This document shows positions 38,698 through 46,995 of a stretch of 64,000 nucleotides of DNA, piece by piece. The translations under genes and the position numbers were made by a program. Under the pieces are notes generated by a model. The model ran no database searches. It was not told the DNA's origin and saw only the letters and a list, made by a program, of their open reading frames with translations. The first letter of the stretch is position 1; each line of letters starts with the position of its first letter. The DNA is from Verrucomicrobiota bacterium (GTDB lineage Bacteria; Verrucomicrobiota; Verrucomicrobiia; Opitutales; UBA953), in contig JBEEKW010000008.1 in assembly GCA_041168485.1 (NCBI GenBank), positions 563 through 64,562 of the forward strand, read 5' to 3'.

Positions 38698-39555
38698 TCA
38701 CGAAGCCGTCCAGTCACGCCAGAGGGTGACCAGTTCGGGGCCTCGGAAGAACCAGACTGCCCCGGCGATGGCCATGCTGGGCACGAAAGGCACCACTCCA
38801 GCATACTCTTCCCCCTTTATTTTGGCCTGAATCAGGCCGGGGAGGGCCGTGATGACCCCGATGACAGACCCCCCGAAAAGACAAAAAACGGCACCCTGCC
38901 AGCCGCAGTAAGCGCCGACCCCGGCGCAAAGGATGATATCGGCTTCCCCCATGGCTTCGCGGCCGGCCATGACGCTGCCGATGGTTCGGATCCACCAGAC
39001 CAACGCCGTACCGACGGCGACGCCGAGCAAGGCATCGATCAACGCCCGGAAGCGATTCACGGCTTCGATCGAATGCAGGGTCTCGCCATGAATCGATGGG
39101 ATCAGCATCGCGAGGATGATGCCCGTGCCGACCAGTGCGAAGTTCGGGGCGTCGGGGACCATCATGTCGTCCAGGTCGCAGCCGGCGAGGAGCACAAGCA
39201 GCGGAAGGTAAATGCAGGCCACCGCGGCTTTAGCCGGAGGGAGGAACGTCCAGGCTGCGAGGAAGAGCAGGGCGGTGGTGAGTTCGACGAGTGGGTAGCG
39301 GACGGAGATGCGCGCGTCGCAGCAATGGGCGCGGCCACGCAGGAAGAGCCAGCCGAAGAGAGGGATGTTATACCAGAAGGGAATCGGCTGGCCGCAGGCG
39401 CAGTGTGAGCCGGGGGTGACGATGGATTCTCCCTTGGGCAGACGATGGATGCAGACGTTGAGGAAGCTACCGACGCAGGCACCGAACGCGCCGGCGGTCA
39501 GGGCGGCCAGCCCCGGGTTGAGCTTGGCGAAGTTCTGTAGGTCGACGAGCGTCAT
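38698..39555 (-). CDS. pilD: Prepilin peptidase (A24 family, PilD-like)
   Basis: GSFLNVCIHRLP, the Cys pairs CACGQP...CCDARI, and multi-TM regions carrying the conserved Asp (CDLDD; GEADI). Start taken at ATG 39555 (MTLVDL). Confidence 0.85.
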   Translation of the reverse strand: MTLVDLQNFAKLNPGLAALTAGAFGACVGSFLNVCIHRLPKGESIVTPGSHCACGQPIPFWYNIPLFGWLFLRGRAHCCDARISVRYPLVELTTALLFLAAWTFLPPAKAAVACIYLPLLVLLAGCDLDDMMVPDAPNFALVGTGIILAMLIPSIHGETLHSIEAVNRFRALIDALLGVAVGTALVWWIRTIGSVMAGREAMGEADIILCAGVGAYCGWQGAVFCLFGGSVIGVITALPGLIQAKIKGEEYAGVVPFVPSMAIAGAVWFFRGPELVTLWRDWTAS

Positions 39556-39559
39556 GGGT

Positions 39560-40447
39560 TCAGGGAGCGGTTTCGCCGAGCGCGGCGCGCATCGGGGCTT
39601 CAGGAGGAAGCATGCCATTCCAGAGCCGGAAGGCGAGCGCTCCTTGCCAACGCAGCATCGAACGGCCATCGCAGTGGGCGACGCAATATTCGCTGGCATC
39701 CTTAAGCAGCCGTGAGGCTTCGCTGCCGTACGTGGTGTCGAAGACGAATTGTCCGTCGGCGAGCAGCTCGGAAGGGAAGGGGGAGGCGTCAGTCGGCTTC
39801 AGGCCGAGCGTCGTGCAGTTAACGATGACGGCATCAGGGGTAGCCTTGATCTCGGTCAGGCCGGCGGTCTGGACGCGAGGATCGGCGAGCGCGGACGCGA
39901 GGGCGGCGGCCTTAGCGACATCGCGGTTGTGCAGATACAGCGCGGAGCAGCCGTCGGCGAGGCAGGCTGCAGCGACGGCGCGGGCGGCACCACCGGAGCC
40001 GAGGAGAATCACCGGGCGGCCCTTGGTCGTTTTCCCAGTACGTTCACGCAGCGCTTCAAGGAAGCCTTGGCCGTCGGTGGTATCTCCGGTCCAGCCGGTC
40101 GCGGTGCGGATGAGCGTGTTGACGGACTCGGCCCGCCGGGCTTCGGGCGAGAGCGATTCAGCGAGCGAGAGCGCCTGGATCTTGTGCGGGACTGTGAGGT
40201 TCACGCCGGCGAAACCTTTGGCGTGCAACAAGGCCAGCGCTTCGGGAAGTTCTTCCGCGGTGATGTGCAGGCGATGGTAGCGCACGCCGGCAAGGCGTGG
40301 GTTCGTCGGAAGCAGCGTCGCGATGGCGGCATTGTGCATCGCCGGGCTGAGCGAGTGCGCAATCGGGTCACCGAGCACGCCGAGCTGGCCGGGTGCGAAC
40401 TCGGTCGTCCGCAGGGACGCGAGCGTGAGGGTTTCAGGCGCGCTCAT
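39560..40447 (-). CDS. aroE: Shikimate dehydrogenase
   Basis: GVLGDPIAHSLSPAMHNAA, NLTVPHK, NTL...GDTTDG and LGSGGAARA. Confidence 0.9.
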   Translation of the reverse strand: MSAPETLTLASLRTTEFAPGQLGVLGDPIAHSLSPAMHNAAIATLLPTNPRLAGVRYHRLHITAEELPEALALLHAKGFAGVNLTVPHKIQALSLAESLSPEARRAESVNTLIRTATGWTGDTTDGQGFLEALRERTGKTTKGRPVILLGSGGAARAVAAACLADGCSALYLHNRDVAKAAALASALADPRVQTAGLTEIKATPDAVIVNCTTLGLKPTDASPFPSELLADGQFVFDTTYGSEASRLLKDASEYCVAHCDGRSMLRWQGALAFRLWNGMLPPEAPMRAALGETAP

Positions 40448-41285
40448 TGGTCTTTTCCAGGGCGTGGACGAAGGTGAGGAACAGGCGGCTGCTGCGGTCG
40501 TCGCCTTGGGCTTCGAACTGCGACACGAGGTTACGGCAGCAACGTGCGAGCGTCTGATGCGTGGTCACGGGCAAGAGGAACGCTTCGTCCGCTGGCAGCT
40601 GGTTATCAAGCAGCAGCAACTGTACTTCGGCGCGGGTGCGGAAGGCGCCGCCTTCGTAGCAGTCGAGGTAGAGCGGTTCGCGCCCACGGAAAATGCCGAC
40701 CATGAAGCGGCCGGGCAGTCCGACGGGCTCGACGGGCAGGCCGAGGCGGCGAGCGACGAGCAGGAAGATCAAGCAAAGCGAGATCGGGATACCGCGGCGA
40801 CTATGGATGACCTGCGAGAGCAGGGAAGAGGACGGCACGGCAAAACTTTCCTGAGCGCCACGATAGCCTTCTTCGCCGAAGATCACGCGACAGAGCAGTC
40901 GGCACTTCGCACGGACGTCGAGCGGTTCGGCGATGAGTTCGCGCGTACGTTCGGCCAAGCGGTCGAGCTCGGTGGAGTAGGCGTCATCGGCCAACGACGG
41001 GTCGGTGGCACGTTCAAGTAGGAGGCAGGCTTCTTCCAAGTCGCAGTGCGGGTCGCGGATATGGGTGAGGAAGGCGTGTGCTGCTGCTTCCGGAGTGCGC
41101 AGGTCGGCGAGTAACAGGCGGGCGTGGGCGGCGAGGGCTTCGTCTTTCGTCAGCGTTTCGAGCCAGAGCACGCCCGGTAGTCCGGCGGCCTTGATCTTAC
41201 TAAGCACGGCGAGGCGGACGACCGGGGAGGGGTCGTCGAGGAGGCGCTCCAAGGTCGCCAGCTCCGCTTCGTGCGTCATGAGCAT
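40434..41285 (-). CDS. SirB1/YchA-family protein (transglutaminase-like N-domain plus TPR-like)
   Basis: RRGIPISLCLIFLLVARRLGLPVEPVGLPGRFMV matches the SirB1/YchA core. Confidence 0.7.
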   Translation of the reverse strand: MLMTHEAELATLERLLDDPSPVVRLAVLSKIKAAGLPGVLWLETLTKDEALAAHARLLLADLRTPEAAAHAFLTHIRDPHCDLEEACLLLERATDPSLADDAYSTELDRLAERTRELIAEPLDVRAKCRLLCRVIFGEEGYRGAQESFAVPSSSLLSQVIHSRRGIPISLCLIFLLVARRLGLPVEPVGLPGRFMVGIFRGREPLYLDCYEGGAFRTRAEVQLLLLDNQLPADEAFLLPVTTHQTLARCCRNLVSQFEAQGDDRSSRLFLTFVHALEKTNERA

Positions 41286-41449
41286 TTTCTACCGACAATG
41301 AGAGGGCCACGGCAACAAGGGAGTCCGCGCCGCCGAGTCTTTTAGAGGTTGACGGTGGCACGTGTGTCTTGGCGTCGCTAGGCTAGCCCTCTGCGGCGAG
41401 CCGGGTTTTCGGATTGAAGGAAGCCGTCGCCCGAGGGAGTCTGGGGGTC

Positions 41450-42394
41450 ATGACCGCTACGCGCATCCGCTGCGGGGTGGCCGGCACGGGTTCGCTCGGC
41501 CAGCACCACGCCCGCATCTACTCGACCCTGCCTGGCGCCGAACTCGCCGGTATCTTCGAACCTAATGACGCCCGTGCGGCCGAAATCTGCGCCAAGCATA
41601 ACTGTCATCGGTTCGCTACGCTCGACGAGATGGCCGCCGGATGCGACGCCGTCAGTGTCGTGGTCCCGACCAACCACCACGCCGCCGTCGCGCTCCCGTT
41701 GCTCGCCAAGGGCGTGCACCTGCTGATCGAGAAGCCCATCTGCGTCACCCTCGAGGAGGCTTCCCAGATCCTGGAGGCCGCCGCCAAAGCTGACCGCATC
41801 GTTCAGGTCGGTCATATCGAACATTACAACCCGGTGATGTCGTACCTCGAGAAGGCCGTCACTGATGCCCGCTACATCACCGCCGAGCGCCTCGCGCCGT
41901 TCACCCCGCGTGGCACCGAGGTCGGCGTCGTGCTGGATCTGATGATCCACGACATCGGCATCGTCCTGCAGCTGGCCAACTCGCCGGTCGAGCGGATTGA
42001 CGCCGTTGGGGTGTCGGTCGTCACCAAGACCGAGGACATCGCCAATGCCCGCATCGCCTTTAAGAACGGCTGCGTCGCCAATCTGAGCTCCAGCCGCGTC
42101 TCCTTAAAGAAGAACCGCGAAATCCGCGTCTTCCAGACCGGTGGTTACCTCTCCATCGATTTCATGGGCCAGAAGGGCCACACCGTGCGCGTCGATCCGA
42201 CCGCCGAGGGTGGCTTCGCTAAGGAAGAGATCCCGATCGAGAAGGGTGAGCCCCTCGCCATCGAACTCGCTTCATTCACCGCGTGCGTCCGCGACCGCAA
42301 GAGCCCGAAAGTCAGCGGCGAGCTCGGGCGCACCGCATTGGAAGTCGCCATCAAAATCACCGAACAGATCCGCGCGGGCATGGCGCGCAAATGA
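41450..42394 (+). CDS. Gfo/Idh/MocA-family oxidoreductase
   Basis: IRCGVAGTGSLGQHH Rossmann N-terminus and an EKP motif (LLIEKPI). Start taken at ATG 41450. Confidence 0.85.
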   Translation: MTATRIRCGVAGTGSLGQHHARIYSTLPGAELAGIFEPNDARAAEICAKHNCHRFATLDEMAAGCDAVSVVVPTNHHAAVALPLLAKGVHLLIEKPICVTLEEASQILEAAAKADRIVQVGHIEHYNPVMSYLEKAVTDARYITAERLAPFTPRGTEVGVVLDLMIHDIGIVLQLANSPVERIDAVGVSVVTKTEDIANARIAFKNGCVANLSSSRVSLKKNREIRVFQTGGYLSIDFMGQKGHTVRVDPTAEGGFAKEEIPIEKGEPLAIELASFTACVRDRKSPKVSGELGRTALEVAIKITEQIRAGMARK

Positions 42395-43578
42395 GCGCGT
42401 TCCCGACCATCCCGGCGCACTTCGACCGGCCCCGTGCGGGCGAGGTCGACGTGCTCGTGGTGGCCGGGGAGCACTCGGGCGACCAGCACGCCGCCAAAGT
42501 CGTCGCGGAACTGCTCAAGGCCCGCCCGGGTCTACGTATCGCCGCCTTTGGTGGGCCGGAGTTACGCACTGCCGGCGCCCAGCTGCTGATGGATATGACC
42601 ACGTTCTCCGCCGTGGGCATCGTGGAGATCCTTTCCGCGTATCCATTCTACCGAAAGCTCTTTGCGCGCATGGTTACCTGGACCACGCAGTGGAAGCCCA
42701 AGGTCGTCGTCCTCGTCGATTACCCCGGCCTTAATCTCCGTCTCGCGAACGAGCTCCGCAAAGCGGGCCTATCGCGCGCGGGTTTCGGTGAGACCGCCGT
42801 CATTCAATACGTCAGCCCCCAACTGTGGGCCTGGAAGCCCAAGCGCCGCTTCACCATGGCCCGCGACTTGGACGGCGTCGGCACGATCTTCCCGTTCGAG
42901 CCGGCCTGCTATGCCGACACCAAACTGGACGCGCGATTCGTCGGCCATCCCTTCGCCGAGTCCGACCATCAGCCTGGATTGACGTATGACCCCGAGGGCC
43001 CCGTGCTGCTCCTGCCGGGCAGCCGCCCGAAGCCTGTCCGCAAAATCTTTCCCGCCCTGGTCGAGGCCTTCGCGCTTTTCCGTAAAGATCACCCTAAGCG
43101 ACGCGCGCTGGTCCTCCACACCGGTGGCGAAGTGCATGCGGAGCTTTATCGCCTGCTGGCTGAATACGGCGACCAGGCGAAGGGCATCGACCTTCGCCCC
43201 GTCTCCGAAGGACCGGCCGCCGGTTGCGCCGCGCTCGTCAGTTCTGGCACCATGTCCCTGACCGTCGCCCTCGCGGGCATTCCTGGCGCGGTCGTGTATC
43301 GCGCCAACCCGCTCACCTGGATTGTCGGCCGTCGCTTGATTGCTGGCCGCGTCGATAATCTCGGTATCGCGAACATCCTCCTTAAGCGACAGGCTTGGCC
43401 TGAATACTTGCAGGGTGCTTGTGAGCCCGCGCCCTTGGCTGCCCGCCTGCGTGAGTGTGTCGAAGCACCGGGCCCGCGCGCCCAAGCCGACGCCGACGCC
43501 GCTGAACTCCTCCGCTTGCTTTCCGCGCAGTCTGGTTCCACTCCCGCCGAGTGGGTCGCCACCTTCCTGCCCAAGTGA
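42391..43578 (+). CDS. lpxB: Lipid-A-disaccharide synthase
   Basis: VLVVAGEHSGDQHAA, DYPGLNLRLA, YVSPQLWAWK and SGTMSLTVALAGIP. ATGA overlap with the upstream gene. Confidence 0.9.
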   Translation: MSAFPTIPAHFDRPRAGEVDVLVVAGEHSGDQHAAKVVAELLKARPGLRIAAFGGPELRTAGAQLLMDMTTFSAVGIVEILSAYPFYRKLFARMVTWTTQWKPKVVVLVDYPGLNLRLANELRKAGLSRAGFGETAVIQYVSPQLWAWKPKRRFTMARDLDGVGTIFPFEPACYADTKLDARFVGHPFAESDHQPGLTYDPEGPVLLLPGSRPKPVRKIFPALVEAFALFRKDHPKRRALVLHTGGEVHAELYRLLAEYGDQAKGIDLRPVSEGPAAGCAALVSSGTMSLTVALAGIPGAVVYRANPLTWIVGRRLIAGRVDNLGIANILLKRQAWPEYLQGACEPAPLAARLRECVEAPGPRAQADADAAELLRLLSAQSGSTPAEWVATFLPK

Positions 43579-44450
43579 GTACGTCGCTGAAGATTGCGGT
43601 GCTCGGTTGCGGCTATGTCGGCACTGAGTTTGCCCGCCAGGCCCGCGCGGTTGGACATGATGTGCTCGGCATCGTCCGTTCGGAAGCCTCGCGCGATAAG
43701 TTACACGCCGAAGGTATCGCCGCCGAGGCGTTCGATATCCAGGCTGGCGATTGGTCGGCATTGCCGAAGCAGTTCGATGCAGTCGTGTATGCGGCCAGCA
43801 CCGGTGGCGGCGGACCTGAGGCTTATGCCCTAGCTTACGACGTTGGCGTGAAGCGCGCGCTCGCGTGGGCTCGCGACGTCGGTGCGCACTGCTTTATTTT
43901 CACCAGCTCCACGGGCGTGTATCGACAGGATGATGGAGGAAAGGTCGACGAGTCCTCTCCCGTCGGTGGTGCGCCGACGGCGGATGCGATCCTCGGTGGA
44001 GAGCAGGCCGTGCTGACTTCGGGTTTCGCGAAGGCGCGCGTATTGCGCTTCGGCGGACTCTATGGTCCCGGGCGTCATCACCTCGTCGATCAATTGCGCC
44101 GCGGTGATAATGTCATCGGCGGTCGCGTGGATCACTTCATCAACTATCTGCATCGCGATGATGCGGCTTCATCGATTCTCGCCGCGATCATCGGTGGACC
44201 CGCTGGTGCACGTGTTTATAATGTGGGTGATGGGAAGCCCGTGACAAAAGAAGCGCTCGCGAAATGGATCGCGACGCGTCTCGGCCAGGCTTCCCCCGTG
44301 TTCGATTCGACCGCCCCGGCGGGTCCCAGGGTGGCTAAAGGAGGGCGAACCCAGCCGAATCGCATTGTTTTGACCGAGCGGATTCGGGCGGAATTACCGT
44401 GGAACCCCTTATTTCCTGAGGTTTTTGCGGGGTTAAGTGAGCTTTTCTAA
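43575..44450 (+). CDS. NAD(P)-binding Rossmann-fold protein (SDR/epimerase-like)
   Basis: KIAVLGCGYVGTEF dinucleotide-binding motif. GTG 43575 overlaps the lpxB stop (GTGA). The track start 43551 is also possible. Confidence 0.7.
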   Translation: MSTSLKIAVLGCGYVGTEFARQARAVGHDVLGIVRSEASRDKLHAEGIAAEAFDIQAGDWSALPKQFDAVVYAASTGGGGPEAYALAYDVGVKRALAWARDVGAHCFIFTSSTGVYRQDDGGKVDESSPVGGAPTADAILGGEQAVLTSGFAKARVLRFGGLYGPGRHHLVDQLRRGDNVIGGRVDHFINYLHRDDAASSILAAIIGGPAGARVYNVGDGKPVTKEALAKWIATRLGQASPVFDSTAPAGPRVAKGGRTQPNRIVLTERIRAELPWNPLFPEVFAGLSELF

Positions 44451-44559
44451 GCTTTTGCCCGTTTAAGCCTGCCTGCTTTACGGCAGGTTCTTCACCCGTT
44501 CGCCTTCATCCTGTAACAATAGGATGAGATAGTCCGCTCGCATAACCGCACCACAACCT

Positions 44560-45852
44560 ATGAATAGCACCCTCAAGTCCATGCTGATCGCCGCTGCCGC
44601 CATTACGTCGGTCTCGGCTTTCGCCCAAGATAAAGCCACGCTCGATCTTCTCGTGAAGAAGGGCCTGATCACCGCTGAAGAGCGCGCGAAGACCCTGGAC
44701 GAAGCCGCTAAGGCTCGTACGGCCTCCGGCCTCAACAAGATCTTCGTCAAGGAAGACGCTATCAAGCGCCTGACCTTCGCGGGTCGCGTTCAGACTCAGT
44801 ATGAGTCCATCGGCGGTACGACCACCAGCAATGCTGGTGTCGAAACCAAGGCCCTCGACCTCAACAACGGCTTCATGCGTCGTCTCTACCTCGGCTTCAA
44901 GGCTGACATGGGCGAAGGCATCTCCGCTGAACTCGTCAACAACTTCGCGGACAACACCCTCGATAAGGCGATCTTCACCGCTGACAGCCCTTACGGCACC
45001 TTCGTTCTTGGTTACCAGAAGGTTCAGTGGGGTCTCGAAGAGAACACCTCTTCCTCCAAGCTCCTGACCATCGAGCGCTCCGCTTCGAACCGCTTCTGGA
45101 ACGAAGGTGTTAGCAGCTCCTCCCAGGGTCGCCTCGGCTTCGGCGCTCGCCACACCGGCCTGCACTACGCCAACAAGGCCGTCTTGGACGCCGCTCAGAC
45201 CCTCGAATACGGTGCCTCCGTCGCCAACGCCGCTCAGGGCCAGGCCAACAACTCGGGTAACGACATCGGCGTCTTCGCCAACCTGATCTACACCTACAAG
45301 ATCAGCGACACGAATAAGCACTCCCTCGGCCTCAACTACGGCACCCAGCGCGATGCTCGCAATGCTGCCGGCACTGGTCTCGGCGCCGGAGTCAACAACG
45401 CCACGATCTCGGGCTTCAACCCGTACATCAAGTCCCAGTTCGACAAGCTAATCGTCCAGGCTGAATACATCAGCACGACCAACGAAGCCGTCCCCGGCAG
45501 CACCCCGAACGCTGTCGAGCGCAAGCCCGAAGGTTACACGATCCTCGCCGCCTATAAGTTCACCGACCAGGTCGAAGGCGTCGTCCGCTACTCGCAGCTC
45601 GACACCGATGGCCAGGGTGCGACCTTCGGTGGTCTCTACCGCGACGCTGCCAACATCACGACTAACATCTACAACAAGTTCGACAGCGTCTACGTCGGCG
45701 TGAACTACTACTTCGTGGACCACAACGCGAAGATCATGTTCGGCTACGAAAACGCCAAGGCTTCGGGTCTGACGACCCTTGGTGGTGGTGTTGGTGGCAC
45801 CGGTAAGGCTGATGCGGATATCTTCCGCCTCCAGGCTCAGGTTCTGTTCTAA
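44560..45852 (+). CDS. Outer-membrane beta-barrel porin (OprO/P-like)
   Basis: Signal peptide, an N-terminal helical segment and alternating beta-strand patterns. The C-terminus FRLQAQVLF has an aromatic last residue. Confidence 0.7.
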   Translation: MNSTLKSMLIAAAAITSVSAFAQDKATLDLLVKKGLITAEERAKTLDEAAKARTASGLNKIFVKEDAIKRLTFAGRVQTQYESIGGTTTSNAGVETKALDLNNGFMRRLYLGFKADMGEGISAELVNNFADNTLDKAIFTADSPYGTFVLGYQKVQWGLEENTSSSKLLTIERSASNRFWNEGVSSSSQGRLGFGARHTGLHYANKAVLDAAQTLEYGASVANAAQGQANNSGNDIGVFANLIYTYKISDTNKHSLGLNYGTQRDARNAAGTGLGAGVNNATISGFNPYIKSQFDKLIVQAEYISTTNEAVPGSTPNAVERKPEGYTILAAYKFTDQVEGVVRYSQLDTDGQGATFGGLYRDAANITTNIYNKFDSVYVGVNYYFVDHNAKIMFGYENAKASGLTTLGGGVGGTGKADADIFRLQAQVLF

Positions 45853-45878
45853 ATCCTAGGATTTAGGCTTCATAGCAC

Positions 45879-45911
45879 GAGGGCCGGCAGGGATGCCGGC
45901 CCTCTTTGTTT
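45879..45911 (+). terminator. Rho-independent terminator of the porin gene
   Basis: GAGGGCCGGC-aggga-(t)GCCGGCCCTC followed by TTTGTTT. Confidence 0.8.
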
Positions 45912-45926
45912 GGCGGAATCGTCGAC

Positions 45927-45960
45927 CAGCCCGGGTCATATGGTCCGGGCTGTTTCGTGT
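45927..45960 (+). terminator. Second hairpin with a weak U-tract
   Basis: CAGCCCGG-gtcatatggt-CCGGGCTG followed by TTTCGTGT. Confidence 0.4.
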
Positions 45961-46273
45961 CCGTGGTTGCGATGTTGGATCTCGTCACCCGCGCCTAACG
46001 CACTGCCTAGGGCCAAGGTGTGCGGGGGTTAGGTAGCTCCAAGCGATTGCAGGCACCTGGGTGGACGTGCGGAGGGCCAGAGGATGATCTGCTACCAAGC
46101 CAGTAGCAGGTCAGTCTGCGGACGCGATGCCGAGGGCCAGTTGGGCCAGGGTGGCATCGAGTGCAACCTGCGTCAGGCAGGCCGGCAGGCCGGGCGCCTG
46201 TGGGGGTATGGTCTGCATCCGAAGGGCCGCCGGCCCTGCTCACTAAGCTATGGAGCCTCTTCGCCTAGGCACG

Positions 46274-46299
46274 AAAAAGCCCGACCGGGTGGTCGGGCT
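46274..46299 (-). terminator. Rho-independent terminator of the coiled-coil gene
   Basis: The minus strand reads AGCCCGACC-accc-GGTCGGGCT followed by TTTTT. Confidence 0.75.
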
Positions 46300-46321
46300 G
46301 ATCGGTCGGCTCAGGCCGAGC

Positions 46322-46936
46322 TCAGAGAGCGCGGTAGTTGGGCGACACGTTGTCGGTGCCCTTGGTCTGCTCACGGAGGCGGCGATTTTCTTCTTCAAGT
46401 TCGGCCACGCGGGCGGTGGCGGTGGCGGTCTTAGCGTTAGCCTCGCGGAGGGCGGTGGAAGCGGCTTCGAGGTCAGCTTCGGCCTTCTTCTGCTTGGCGA
46501 TCGCTTCCTTCAGTTCGGAGCCGTCACGGAGGCGGGCGAGTTCGGCGGTGAGTTCGTTGATGCGGTTGGCGGCGTCGGCCTTAGCCTTTTCAAGCTCGGC
46601 AGCCTTCACGGCGGCCTTGGCGGCGTCGTCCTTGGCCTTGGCGAGGTCGTCGATTGCCTGTTTAACGGCCTTATCGGCGTCAGTCTTGGTCTGGGCGAGG
46701 AGGGCGGCGGCCTTCGTGCCGGATTCTTCGGCGGCCTTCTTGGCGGCGGCGTCAGCCTTAGCGGCCTTGTCATTGAGGTCCTTGATGTCGGCGACGCTCT
46801 TCACGCGGGCGGCGTCGGCTTCCTTGCGGATCAGGGCGGCGCGCTCGTTGGCGGCTTCTTCCCCGCTCCAGGTGACGATGGCCACGGCGCCGAAAGCGGC
46901 TGCGATAAGGATGAGAATAATTTCGCGGGTCTTCAT
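46322..46936 (-). CDS. Membrane-anchored Ala/Lys/Glu-rich coiled-coil protein
   Basis: N-terminal TM MKTREIILILIAAAFGAVAIVTW, then about 170 aa of heptad-like low-complexity helix. A minus-strand terminator lies downstream. The plus-strand ORFs here are shadows. Confidence 0.65.
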   Translation of the reverse strand: MKTREIILILIAAAFGAVAIVTWSGEEAANERAALIRKEADAARVKSVADIKDLNDKAAKADAAAKKAAEESGTKAAALLAQTKTDADKAVKQAIDDLAKAKDDAAKAAVKAAELEKAKADAANRINELTAELARLRDGSELKEAIAKQKKAEADLEAASTALREANAKTATATARVAELEEENRRLREQTKGTDNVSPNYRAL

Positions 46937-46995
46937 GATTGATTGGACGCAACCTTGTCAGACCCGTCTGTCGGGTCAAGAGCCTACCCGCCCAG

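Noticed and set aside
41414-42394. Track start codons with long N-terminal extensions (41414, 42283, 43551, 16639..17931, 51824..53017, 55373..56869, 56339..58258, 46996..48444, 38698..39699, 35196..35858, 60040..62073)
   Set aside because: The extensions are Arg/Pro-rich, overlap upstream genes or lack homology-like sequence. Internal ATG/GTG codons that abut or overlap the upstream stop, or that precede signal/TM sequences, were preferred. Exact starts remain predictions.
45915-46300. RNase P RNA, tmRNA, 6S or SRP RNA in the ORF-free region
   Set aside because: GTCCGGGCT (45944-45952) and AGTGCAAC (about 46159-46166) superficially resemble RNase P motifs. However, the first is simply the 3' arm of a terminator hairpin. 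The spacing (about 215 nt versus about 60 nt in E. coli M1 RNA) and the missing GGAAAGTCCGGGC / GGGTGAAA.GGTGCGGTAAGAGCGCACC blocks do not fit. There is no tRNA-like 3' end and no tag ORF for tmRNA.
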